Shown in pieces: positions 1-9,174 of a DNA stretch of 64,000 nt. The first letter of the stretch is position 1; the number at the start of each line of letters is the position of its first letter. The position numbers and the translations under genes were made by a program. Origin of the DNA: a virus; the IMG/VR virus record IMGVR_UViG_3300047312_000028, positions 112,326-176,325 of that record; one strand, written 5' to 3'. Under the pieces are notes generated by a model, which ran no database searches, was not told the DNA's origin, and was given only the letters and a program-made list of their open reading frames with translations.

Positions 1-480
1 TTCATCCGCAATCTTGTCTTGTCACTCAAGGGGAATACGCTGATTCTGTTTCAGCTAGTGCGGAAGCACGGCGGACCGATGTACGACGATATTGTGGCAC
101 ACACCAAAGACCGTAACATCTTTTTCGTGCATGGTGGCGTTGATACGATGGACCGTGAAGACGTTCGACGAATCACTGAAGAAAGCACTGATGCTGTGAT
201 TGTGGCATCATATGGAACATTCAGCACAGGCACGAATATCAAGAACATCGACAATGTAATTCTTGGTGCTCCATCGAAAGCGAGAATCAGAAACCTGCAA
301 TCAATCGGGCGAGGATTGAGAAAAACAGATACCAAAAATTCAGTCATGTTGTTTGATATCGTCGATGATCTACGAGTTGGTAAACATGTCAACTTCTTAT
401 TGAAGCATTTTGTCGAACGTGCCAACATCTATAACGAAGAAAAGTTTCCATTCAAGCAATACATGATAGACCTCAAATGA
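1..480 (+). CDS. uvsW: UvsW SF2 DNA helicase, C-terminal part (5' truncated by window edge)
   Basis: SF2 motifs VASYGTFSTGTNI and QSIGRGLR; lies upstream of gp55 as in many T4-like phages. Confidence 0.93.
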   Translation, partial: FIRNLVLSLKGNTLILFQLVRKHGGPMYDDIVAHTKDRNIFFVHGGVDTMDREDVRRITEESTDAVIVASYGTFSTGTNIKNIDNVILGAPSKARIRNLQSIGRGLRKTDTKNSVMLFDIVDDLRVGKHVNFLLKHFVERANIYNEEKFPFKQYMIDLK

Positions 481-857
481 AAATGACCAAAGAAGAGGTG
501 GCGTCTTACCATGCCAACTATTACCGCAACAACAAAGATAAATGGAAGCCCAACACAAGAACCAGTGCAGTAAGAAGAGCGGACGGTCAAAAACTAAAAA
601 ATCTAGTGTTCAGTCATTATGGAACAGTTTGTCAATGTTGTGGAGAATCTAGATTGGTGTTCTTAGCTTTGGACCACATTCATAACAATGGAAAAGAAGA
701 CAGAAAAATTACTGGGCTGGGACAAAATCTCTATCGATGGCTGAAACTTAATAATTACCCAGACGGGTATCAAGTGTTATGTCATAATTGTAATTGGGCA
801 AAAAGAGATGGAATATGTCCCCACAAGATAGAGAATGTCATTGATCTAAAAGGATAG
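477..857 (+). CDS. HNH-family endonuclease (free-standing homing-type)
   Basis: CQCC...LDHIHNNG...VLCHNCN zinc/HNH motifs. Confidence 0.75.
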   Translation: MKMTKEEVASYHANYYRNNKDKWKPNTRTSAVRRADGQKLKNLVFSHYGTVCQCCGESRLVFLALDHIHNNGKEDRKITGLGQNLYRWLKLNNYPDGYQVLCHNCNWAKRDGICPHKIENVIDLKG

Positions 858-869
858 TTGTGCTATAAT
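841..869 (+). promoter_or_regulatory. sigma70-type promoter
   Basis: TTGATC-N17-TATAAT. Confidence 0.6.
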
Positions 870-877
870 TACTTTCA

Positions 878-1429
878 GTGAAACCTCTCACAAGAAAGAT
901 GGACATGGTTGAATCCAAAGCTGATAACGACATAGCAATGGTGATGCTTGAGAACAGAGATGTAATTCTAACTGAGGTACAATCAGAAGATACGACAGGA
1001 CCGATAGGACAAACACGCATTCATATATTCATCACACCAGCTTTAGTCATTGCGCAGCGCGGCCTGCATGGAAGTTTGGGACTACAACTTACCCCGTGGC
1101 TCCCATATGAAATCATGTCTGGCTCACACATTGAATACAGAAAAGATAAGATTATCGGCATATTACAACCCAATCCCCATCTTGTGACATATTACAAATC
1201 GTGGGCGAAGATCGAACGAGACAAACAGGTAGAGTTTGGTAAAGACTTTGCCAGTCAGATCGGAGAACTTCAAGAGTACCACGATCAGAAATATGCACGA
1301 ACAAAACAAATGCACCAAGAGGAGAATGCTGCATCGCCTGTACCAAATCAGCACTCCGCACTGACACCGATTATCTATCAAATGTTCGACGAGGACAAGG
1401 ATTGGGGAGACTCAGGCACGACCCATTAA
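878..1429 (+). CDS. conserved T4-like hypothetical protein (gp55-upstream, Sm-like fold possible)
   Basis: ORF with L.PW..Y and P...L..YY pattern; position directly before gp55. Confidence 0.55.
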   Translation: MKPLTRKMDMVESKADNDIAMVMLENRDVILTEVQSEDTTGPIGQTRIHIFITPALVIAQRGLHGSLGLQLTPWLPYEIMSGSHIEYRKDKIIGILQPNPHLVTYYKSWAKIERDKQVEFGKDFASQIGELQEYHDQKYARTKQMHQEENAASPVPNQHSALTPIIYQMFDEDKDWGDSGTTH

Positions 1430-1437
1430 GGAGATTC

Positions 1438-1992
1438 ATGGCCCAGGCTCATTATGTCAATAATCAAGATTTATTGAAAGCACTCATTGAACACAGACAA
1501 GCACTGAAAGAAGCAAAAAAGACCAAGCAAACTCCACCTGAATTGAGTGAGTATCTTGGTACCTGTTTTCTCAAGATCGCCGAGCATCTTTCGCGCAAAC
1601 CGAACTTCATGTCCTACACGTTTCGTGAGGATATGATTTCCGACGCGGTAGAGAACTGTATTCAGTATGTCAACAACTTCAATCCAGCGAAGTCCAAGAA
1701 CCCCTTCGCCTACTTCACCCAAATCATCTACTTCGCTTTTCTGAGACGAATCAGCAAAGAGAAGAAACAACTTTACGTTAAATACAAAGCGACTGAACAG
1801 CTTGGTATCTTACAGAACACTGAAATGCACGACCTCGATGGGATAGGTCAAGGAGGCGGTAAAGCGTTCCAAGTATATGAAAACATTACAGAATTCATTC
1901 AAACGTTCGAGCAGGGGCGTAAAAACAAGAAACGTACCAAGAAGTCAACGAAGACAGCAACGCGCGGAACACTTAAATTTATAGGTGACTAA
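1438..1992 (+). CDS. gp55: late-transcription sigma factor gp55
   Basis: HYVNN, YTFREDMISDAVENC, NPFAYFTQIIYFAFLRRI.KEKKQ; AGGAG SD before ATG 1438. Confidence 0.97.
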   Translation: MAQAHYVNNQDLLKALIEHRQALKEAKKTKQTPPELSEYLGTCFLKIAEHLSRKPNFMSYTFREDMISDAVENCIQYVNNFNPAKSKNPFAYFTQIIYFAFLRRISKEKKQLYVKYKATEQLGILQNTEMHDLDGIGQGGGKAFQVYENITEFIQTFEQGRKNKKRTKKSTKTATRGTLKFIGD

Positions 1993-2234
1993 TGTCCAAA
2001 GGTAAATTTCAACCGCAACCACAACGTTCTCAGATCGATCAACTCGAACAGAGAATGGAAAAGCTTGAGAAACGAATCGAAGCATTAGAACGACAGCAAC
2101 AAAGCGACCACGGCAGACTCGGTCCAGCAGTCATGGGATCGGGCAAAGATAGTCCGTTCTTGGAAATGCAAGACCGCATTAAAGAACTCGAAGATCAGAA
2201 TATCTTTGGTCTCAACCAACGAATAGGTTTTTAA
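1992..2234 (+). CDS. hypothetical coiled-coil protein
   Basis: ORF coupled by TAATG overlaps on both sides. Confidence 0.6.
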   Translation: MSKGKFQPQPQRSQIDQLEQRMEKLEKRIEALERQQQSDHGRLGPAVMGSGKDSPFLEMQDRIKELEDQNIFGLNQRIGF

Positions 2235-3316
2235 TGAAGCTGGCACTAATCAACGACACGCACGCCGGAGCGCGTAGTGATAACCCACAGGTGAATGAAT
2301 ATTTCTTTCGTTTCTGGAACGATATCTTCTTTCCTTCGCTCACCAAATATAATATCGACAAAATCATCCACTTGGGTGATGTAGTCGACCGTCGCAAGTT
2401 CATTAACTTCGCAATTTGGTATAAGTGGAAGAAGGATTTCTTTGATCGTATTCAGAACGAATTCAATCTTCCTATAGACATGCTCTGTGGTAACCACGAC
2501 GTATACTATAGAAATACCAATGATGTGAATGCGTTAGATGAATTGCTGGGTAACTATCCCAACATTCGTATCTTCAAAGAAGCGCAAGACATGCAATATG
2601 GTAGCTTGAACGTCGCCTTAATCCCGTGGATTAACTCAGGCAACCTTGAGCGCAGCATGACCTATATTAACGAGACCAAGGCGCCTGTGATCTTCGGTCA
2701 CTTAGAAATCTCAGGCTTTGAGATGGACAACGGCAACGTGTGCCTTACCGGTTTGACCAAAGATGTATTTGATCGATTCGACATGGTTCTGTCAGGTCAC
2801 TTTCATCACCGATCAAGCGACGGATCAATCTTCTATCTCGGTAACCAATATGAAATGACATGGGCCGACTACAAGGACCCGCGCGGCTTCCATATCTTCG
2901 ATACCGAAACAAGAGACTTGACTTATATCGAAAATCCATATAGACTGTTCCATAAGATTACTTACGATGATAGTCTCCAGAGCTTTGAATTCTGGAAGAA
3001 TCATGCGTTCAAAAAGTACACAAGTTCGTATGTGAAAGTCGTAGTCGTTCGCAAGCAGAATCCTTATCTATTCGACACGTTCATGGACATGCTGTACAAG
3101 GCATCCCCTCTCGACGTGACTACAGTAGAAGATTACACAGAGACCGCACTAGATGCCGCACAAGGTGTAGTCAATCAGGCAGAAGATACCGTGACCATCA
3201 TTCGCAAGTGCGTCGATGGCATGAAGATGCCTGGTGGTGTGGATCCAGAAAAGCTCAAAGGTATTCTGCAAGAGATTTATGTTGAAGCGGTAAATACGGA
3301 AACGGACGCGCAATAA
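2234..3316 (+). CDS. gp47: recombination endonuclease subunit gp47 (Mre11/SbcD-like)
   Basis: DTH, GDVVDRR, GNHD, GHLE, SGHFH metallophosphoesterase motifs. Confidence 0.96.
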   Translation: MKLALINDTHAGARSDNPQVNEYFFRFWNDIFFPSLTKYNIDKIIHLGDVVDRRKFINFAIWYKWKKDFFDRIQNEFNLPIDMLCGNHDVYYRNTNDVNALDELLGNYPNIRIFKEAQDMQYGSLNVALIPWINSGNLERSMTYINETKAPVIFGHLEISGFEMDNGNVCLTGLTKDVFDRFDMVLSGHFHHRSSDGSIFYLGNQYEMTWADYKDPRGFHIFDTETRDLTYIENPYRLFHKITYDDSLQSFEFWKNHAFKKYTSSYVKVVVVRKQNPYLFDTFMDMLYKASPLDVTTVEDYTETALDAAQGVVNQAEDTVTIIRKCVDGMKMPGGVDPEKLKGILQEIYVEAVNTETDAQ

Positions 3317-5025
3317 TGCTGCATTTCAAAAAGTTGAAGTGGAAGAACTTTCTTAGCACTGGGAACTACTGGTCAGAAATCGTATTCGACCGCAGCCAGA
3401 ACACACTGGTTGTAGGAGAGAACGGTTCTGGTAAGAGCACAATGCTGGATGCTCTCTGCTTTGCTCTCTATAATACACCGTTTCGTAACGTCAACAAGGG
3501 AACTCTAGTCAACTCTATCAACCAACGCGATTGTTCGGTTGAAGCTGAATTCACTACCGATAACCATGAGTATCGAGTCGTTCGTGGAATCAAGCCTGAT
3601 GTGTTTGAAATCTACAAGGACGGAGTCCTCGAGGACCAGACTCCTTCTGTGGACTATCAAGATCATCTAGAGAAGTTCATTCTTAAGCTGAACTATAAAA
3701 GCTTCACCCAGATCGTGATTCTTGGATCGGCTTCGTTCACTCCGTTCATGCAATTGAAAGCCAGTGATCGACGCGCCATCATTGAAGACTTGCTAGACAT
3801 ACAGATTTTCTCGTTGATGAACAAGATAGTCAAGACTAAGCTTTCAGAACTCTTGAACGGTAAGCTTTCAAATAAGCTCCTGATTGATGCCTGTGCAGAT
3901 AAGATTACCATACAAGAACGATATATTGCTGAAGCGCAGCAGGATGTCCAGGCACGTATCTCAGAGCACAATGAAGAGCTACGAAAGAACATTGAAGAGA
4001 TTACAAAACTCAATATGAATATCGCAGTCTCTAAACGTTCGCTCTCTGACATGAGCTCCAAGATTGCCGACAAAGCGAAAATTGAAGCGTCCTTAAGAAA
4101 AGTGACTCAATTGGAAGCTCAGATCGAAAACAACACAAGTAAACATAAAAAGAATATCAAGTTCTTTGAGACAGAAGATCAATGCCCAACCTGTACACAG
4201 GTGATCGATTCGACATTCAAGACAGCGCAAATCACAGGATTGACTGCTAAAGTATCTGAGTGTCAGACGGGTCTAACCCAACTTGAACAGAAAGCAATCA
4301 CCTATCAAAAGCAGTTGAGTGATATCGCCGTTATTGAACAGGAGATGAATCTACATGAAGTGGGTATCTCTGGCTATGAAAATTCGATTGCGCAGATCGA
4401 ACGATTCAACCAGGTCTTGACAAATAAACTGAACGAATTACAGAACAACCACCACTCGACAGTGCGTGAACAAGATCGACTCAAAGAACACCAAGACGAA
4501 CTCGCCAAGCTCATTGCTGAGAAACAGGTGCTGATTAGCACCGAAGCGTATTATGAAGCGTCTAGCACTCTTCTAAAGGACACCGGGATCAAGACAAAGA
4601 TCATTCGACAGTATTTGCCAATTATCAATACATTCTCGAATAAATACCTTGCCAGTATGGACTTCTTCGTGAACTTCAACCTGGACGAGACATTCAAGGA
4701 AACAATCAAGTCTCGATTCCGTGATGAATTCACATATCATTCGTTCTCAGAAGGACAGAAGCAACGCATTGACATGGCCCTGATGTTGACCTGGAGAGGA
4801 GTCGCTAAACTCAAGAACTCAGCAGACACCAATCTGTTAATCCTTGATGAAATATTCGATTCCAGTCTTGACAATGCGGGCGCCGAAGAACTGATGAAGA
4901 TTCTGTATTCCCTTGAAGGCACAAATGTCTTCGTCATTAGCCACAGAGGAGACATTTTACAAGACAAATTCAGAACCGTCATTAAGTTCGAGACTCACCA
5001 AAACTTTTCACGTATTGCATCATAA
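3316..5025 (+). CDS. gp46: recombination ATPase subunit gp46 (Rad50/SbcC-like)
   Basis: GENGSGKS Walker A, CPTC zinc hook, FSEGQ signature, LILDE. Confidence 0.97.
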   Translation: MLHFKKLKWKNFLSTGNYWSEIVFDRSQNTLVVGENGSGKSTMLDALCFALYNTPFRNVNKGTLVNSINQRDCSVEAEFTTDNHEYRVVRGIKPDVFEIYKDGVLEDQTPSVDYQDHLEKFILKLNYKSFTQIVILGSASFTPFMQLKASDRRAIIEDLLDIQIFSLMNKIVKTKLSELLNGKLSNKLLIDACADKITIQERYIAEAQQDVQARISEHNEELRKNIEEITKLNMNIAVSKRSLSDMSSKIADKAKIEASLRKVTQLEAQIENNTSKHKKNIKFFETEDQCPTCTQVIDSTFKTAQITGLTAKVSECQTGLTQLEQKAITYQKQLSDIAVIEQEMNLHEVGISGYENSIAQIERFNQVLTNKLNELQNNHHSTVREQDRLKEHQDELAKLIAEKQVLISTEAYYEASSTLLKDTGIKTKIIRQYLPIINTFSNKYLASMDFFVNFNLDETFKETIKSRFRDEFTYHSFSEGQKQRIDMALMLTWRGVAKLKNSADTNLLILDEIFDSSLDNAGAEELMKILYSLEGTNVFVISHRGDILQDKFRTVIKFETHQNFSRIAS

Positions 5026-5036
5026 AGGAGATTGCT

Positions 5037-5732
5037 ATGAATGATCTGACCGTCAATCAGCCAACCGCACCGAAGAGCTTTTCATATAATACAGAAGCCC
5101 CTCCTACGATTGCACCTAAGCAGCCACCTAAGTTGCTTCCGTTGTATAATGAAAATAATCCCATGTTGGCACTCAAGCAGCCAGAGTTTGATGTAAAGAA
5201 CCCACCAGTCAATATTATAGACTTTGCTAATCAGCTTCTCTACACCATGAGTCATTACGGTGGAGTAGGTCTTGCGGCACCACAATGCGGATTCCCTTTC
5301 CGTATGTTTGTCATGACGGGCGGGATCGTCTGTATCAACCCAGTGATCGTAGAACGATCAAAAGAAACAATATACACAAAGGAAGGGTGTCTCAGCTTCC
5401 CAGGTCTCTATTTGCCTGTGACCCGTCCCGAAACAGTCTTGATTCGCTACACCAACGAGTATGGAAAAGAAGTTGAAGTGCGATGGACAGGCGCCACGGC
5501 TCGATGTGCGCAACATGAGTACGATCATTTGGAAGGGAAAGTCTACACTTCACTAGTTGGTAACCTGACTCTTCAGATGGCGAAGAAGAAGCGACAGAAG
5601 CTTTTCAAGAAGATCCAACGCGCTGTAGAAATCAAGCAACGCAACCTTCGTATCGCTGGAAAAGATAAAGCATATGTCGCCAAGACAGTTGAAAATAGAC
5701 CGGTAGAGATTGAAACACATAGGCAGGGATAA
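5037..5732 (+). CDS. def: peptide deformylase
   Basis: GVGLAAPQ, EGCLS, HEYDH motifs. Confidence 0.93.
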   Translation: MNDLTVNQPTAPKSFSYNTEAPPTIAPKQPPKLLPLYNENNPMLALKQPEFDVKNPPVNIIDFANQLLYTMSHYGGVGLAAPQCGFPFRMFVMTGGIVCINPVIVERSKETIYTKEGCLSFPGLYLPVTRPETVLIRYTNEYGKEVEVRWTGATARCAQHEYDHLEGKVYTSLVGNLTLQMAKKKRQKLFKKIQRAVEIKQRNLRIAGKDKAYVAKTVENRPVEIETHRQG

Positions 5733-6871
5733 TGAAAGACTGGCAACACGGTATTGAAATCGACTATCTCAAGGCGCAAGAACGATTCTATGAACCGTTC
5801 AACAAACATGCTTTGTCGGTCTTTGGTAAGTTCAAGAAAAACGACATTGCTGCCAAATTGTATGCTGGTGTGTGGAAGAGAATGCGCGACTGTGCTTATG
5901 TCGTAGAAGAAGCGAAGGTAGCTACCAAGATCAGTATGCACGGCAGCACGATCATCGGTCAGAAAGAAAAAGGAGATTTGACATTTTCTAAGCTTGTAGG
6001 TGATCTGATAGAGTTGACTTTTGCATTTCACGCATTACACTATAAAGAACGAAACTGTTTCATCGTCGCGTATGCTGGTCAAGAAGATATCTGTGCATTT
6101 GCCGAATACCAGGGATTCAGAAAGCTTGGTTATAAAGTTACTTCGTTTGCAGAGATTCTAGCAGTCTACTATCGTGATTCAGATTTAAGTCTCGCTCCAC
6201 GCGATCATCCTAGAGCGTCTACTGCCGATCTTGTCGGCATGGCACAAGTCGGAATAGCGAATCATAAACTCCTATTAGCCATTCTAGGAAAACTTCAATC
6301 ACTTGACCCTAAGTTCACGAACCACTATAGCAACTACAATGCGAAGAATGCGTGGTCCGCTCTTTCACTTCGTGGCTACTCAGCAGATCCGGGCTTCATT
6401 ATCAAGCCCGCTGAGATGAATGATAAGTGGTTAGCTGAACACAAAACTGAGAACTACTTTCTACAAGATACACCTTTATATACCCAATTCCCCGAGGTCC
6501 GACAATTATTGTCGTTCTTAGATGGGGAAGTGCACCGGGTACGATTTATGCAATTAGCTCCTGGCGGGGGAGAGTTACAAAGACATACAGACCAGGTCGA
6601 TCCTGATGCTGGCAACTCGTTAGGCGCCGTGGCTCGCTTGCACTTCCCTTTAGTCACAAATGAACGAGTGATCTTCAGTACATGGAATGAGTTTGACAAA
6701 GAAGAAAACTATCATTATGGATTCGGTGAAGTGTGGGTGATCGATACACGCAAACCACACAAAGCAGTCAACGGTGGCAAAGACAATCGTATACATCTTG
6801 TGGTTGATGTAGTTGTCACACCTAAGATTGAAAGGATAATTTGTGAAGGTACCTCAAGACGTATTGAATAA
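5732..6871 (+). CDS. fusion: N-terminal GNAT-like domain + C-terminal Asp/Asn beta-hydroxylase-type 2OG-Fe(II) dioxygenase
   Basis: C-term RVRFMQLAPGG..HTD...RLHFPL...H.AVN...RIHLVVD; N-term ends in GF.KLG.K, a GNAT-like motif (weaker). Confidence 0.7.
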   Translation: MKDWQHGIEIDYLKAQERFYEPFNKHALSVFGKFKKNDIAAKLYAGVWKRMRDCAYVVEEAKVATKISMHGSTIIGQKEKGDLTFSKLVGDLIELTFAFHALHYKERNCFIVAYAGQEDICAFAEYQGFRKLGYKVTSFAEILAVYYRDSDLSLAPRDHPRASTADLVGMAQVGIANHKLLLAILGKLQSLDPKFTNHYSNYNAKNAWSALSLRGYSADPGFIIKPAEMNDKWLAEHKTENYFLQDTPLYTQFPEVRQLLSFLDGEVHRVRFMQLAPGGGELQRHTDQVDPDAGNSLGAVARLHFPLVTNERVIFSTWNEFDKEENYHYGFGEVWVIDTRKPHKAVNGGKDNRIHLVVDVVVTPKIERIICEGTSRRIE

Positions 6872-7286
6872 GATGTTTGAGACGGCAGACCTCTCAAAGG
6901 ATGAACTCTATGATGCTTTGAGAAAGATGGGTGCCAAAGCGATCAAGCCCAAGTTCCGATTTGGTTGGTCTGAAGAAGTGCCTACGTGGTGCACTTGCTA
7001 CTTTGTCTCTGAGTTTGCCTACTTCTATCTTGCACCGAAGGGAACGAAACCCTATTCAGTAAAAGTGCCTGGTGATCCTGGGACGCATAGATTCTTGATG
7101 TGGCCAGATTCCATCATTGTTGATTTAACAGCAGAACAATTCCCAGATTATGGACTGGTGAGAACAGCCTACTCAAAAGCTAGAGTTACAATGTTCATGC
7201 AAACAGGATGTGTCGGTCCATCACAGAGAGCGAAGGAGCTAGCCGGGATCCTTGGCTTTAATGAATCAGCCTGGTCAAAACCTTAA
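6843..7286 (+). CDS. hypothetical protein (Cys...His...Asp, possible papain/transglutaminase-like triad)
   Basis: CYFVSE...THRFL...VDLTAEQF pattern. Confidence 0.45.
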   Translation: MKVPQDVLNKMFETADLSKDELYDALRKMGAKAIKPKFRFGWSEEVPTWCTCYFVSEFAYFYLAPKGTKPYSVKVPGDPGTHRFLMWPDSIIVDLTAEQFPDYGLVRTAYSKARVTMFMQTGCVGPSQRAKELAGILGFNESAWSKP

Positions 7287-7296
7287 AGGAGAAGCT

Positions 7297-7914
7297 ATGA
7301 AGCAGAATTACACACATATGATTTTGGTGCTCGACGAATCAGGTTCCATGGCATACACCGCGGCCGCGACACGAGAAGGCGTCAATGGATTGCTCGATAC
7401 GCAGCAAGCGGTGCCTGGCGATCTCACGACAGCGTTGTATAAGTTCTCAAACTCAGTATCGGAAGTAGCGACCCTCTTGGCGCTCACGACAGACAACTAT
7501 CGTCCAAGTGGTGGTACAGCATTGAATGATGCCGTATGCCAAGCGATTGACAAAGAAGGTGCGCGCCTTTCTGCATTGCCAGAAGAACAACGACCGGATA
7601 AGGTTGTGGTAGCGATTGTGACTGACGGATTTGAAAATGCGTCAATCAAATTCAAGAAAGCAGATGTGAAGGATCGTATCACCCGCCAAGAAGCACAGTA
7701 CCAGTGGCAATTTGTATTCTTGGGTGCCAACATGGATGCGTTCGCTGAAGCAGAATCCTACGGCATCTTGAAAACGTCAGGTTATGCGTTCAATATGACA
7801 GCAGACAGCATTAAGACCTCTTATGATGTTACCTCGAAAGCGTTTGCTGATTACAGAGTGGGAACGAAAAAGACAGTCAACATGGCAGACGCCGCAAAGG
7901 ACCTGGGTAAATAA
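7297..7914 (+). CDS. vWA domain protein
   Basis: MIDAS DESGS, GGTALNDA, IVTDG.EN, FLGAN. Confidence 0.9.
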   Translation: MKQNYTHMILVLDESGSMAYTAAATREGVNGLLDTQQAVPGDLTTALYKFSNSVSEVATLLALTTDNYRPSGGTALNDAVCQAIDKEGARLSALPEEQRPDKVVVAIVTDGFENASIKFKKADVKDRITRQEAQYQWQFVFLGANMDAFAEAESYGILKTSGYAFNMTADSIKTSYDVTSKAFADYRVGTKKTVNMADAAKDLGK

Positions 7915-7915
7915 T

Positions 7916-8743
7916 ATGTTTTACAAACCCCTCTCAGTTATGCCTGGTATGTTTGATTTTCTGCATGAATCGATTGCAGAGATAGAACATTCTGGATGGC
8001 AAGACCCAAACCCACCAATTCAAGTCATGGATCATGAGGGCTTCCTCGTGGTCCGTGATGACCTCCTCGGATACGGATCGAAAGCTCGATTCATCGATTA
8101 TATGATTAAGACAGCACCACAACAGCAATTCGTATTCGGTGCCTGTCCTGCGACTGGTTACGCACAGATCAGTTTACCCGCCGTCGCTACTCGGTATAAT
8201 AAGCAGGTGCATTTGTTCATGGCACAACGAAACATGAACAAACTTCACGACTATCAGAAGCTAGGAGCGGACTTAGGATCGATCTATCACTGGGTGCCTT
8301 CTGGTATGCTGAACGTAACCAAAGCCAGAGCAATGGAGTATGCCGCAGAAGATCCAATCAATCGCGTCTTATTACCTATCGGTCTTGAGAATCCCACAGT
8401 CATTGCCAGCATCGTCAAAGTGGCAAGAGACCAAATAGGATTCACACCAGATCATGTATGGACGGTTGGTTCTAGCGGTACGCTGAACAGAGGTCTGCAA
8501 CTTGCCTGGCCGACTGCCGAAGTACATGTAGTCTCTGTGGGTCATAAAATGAGTGAACGAGAAATAGGCAGAGCAATCATACATACCGTTCCGTATAAGT
8601 TCGACAAGAAGCTGAAGCCAATCGATGCACCACCGTTCCCAAGTGCGCCGACATACGATGCAAAGGGATGGCGTCCGATGGTTGATTGGTATAAGACACA
8701 TGAACGACCTGAGAAGGTTCTCTTCTGGAACGTCGCCGCATAA
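7916..8743 (+). CDS. PLP-dependent enzyme, fold type II (ACC deaminase/D-Cys desulfhydrase-like)
   Basis: VVRDDLL..GSKAR (Schiff-base Lys), VGSSGT phosphate loop, YDAK. Confidence 0.8.
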   Translation: MFYKPLSVMPGMFDFLHESIAEIEHSGWQDPNPPIQVMDHEGFLVVRDDLLGYGSKARFIDYMIKTAPQQQFVFGACPATGYAQISLPAVATRYNKQVHLFMAQRNMNKLHDYQKLGADLGSIYHWVPSGMLNVTKARAMEYAAEDPINRVLLPIGLENPTVIASIVKVARDQIGFTPDHVWTVGSSGTLNRGLQLAWPTAEVHVVSVGHKMSEREIGRAIIHTVPYKFDKKLKPIDAPPFPSAPTYDAKGWRPMVDWYKTHERPEKVLFWNVAA

Positions 8744-8747
8744 TTCC

Positions 8748-8776
8748 TTGACATTTCAATTCACTTGTGGTATAAT
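8748..8776 (+). promoter_or_regulatory. consensus sigma70 promoter
   Basis: TTGACA-N17-TATAAT. Confidence 0.85.
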
Positions 8777-8784
8777 TCTCACTT

Positions 8785-9174
8785 ATGCGTCTACTTGTCT
8801 GCGGCGACCGTGAATGGTCAGACTACATTATGATCGAACGTGAAATCAAAAATCTCAAGCCCGCCATCGTGATTGAAGGTGAAGCTAGAGGCGCAGACAG
8901 TCTTGCCCGCAAAGCTGCCGAAACTCTCGGCATTCCAGTTCTCCCCTTCCCCGCTGATTGGGACCAGTATGGTCGATCAGCGGGGCCCATTCGCAATCGC
9001 TTGATGTTAAGTAAAGGTATGCCTACACTTGTACTTGCGTTCCATGATAATCTAGCGAAGTCAAAAGGCACTCTTGATATGGTGAATGCTGCACGAAAGT
9101 ACGGCGTAGAAGTGAGAGTGATTGGACATGGCTCAACCGTAACCTACCCCGCAACAGGAAGACTTGATCTATGA
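8785..9174 (+). CDS. SLOG-superfamily YspA-like (DUF2493) protein
   Basis: VCGDR, IEGEARGAD, ADW..YGRSAGPIRN..M, SKGT.DM. Confidence 0.85.
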   Translation: MRLLVCGDREWSDYIMIEREIKNLKPAIVIEGEARGADSLARKAAETLGIPVLPFPADWDQYGRSAGPIRNRLMLSKGMPTLVLAFHDNLAKSKGTLDMVNAARKYGVEVRVIGHGSTVTYPATGRLDL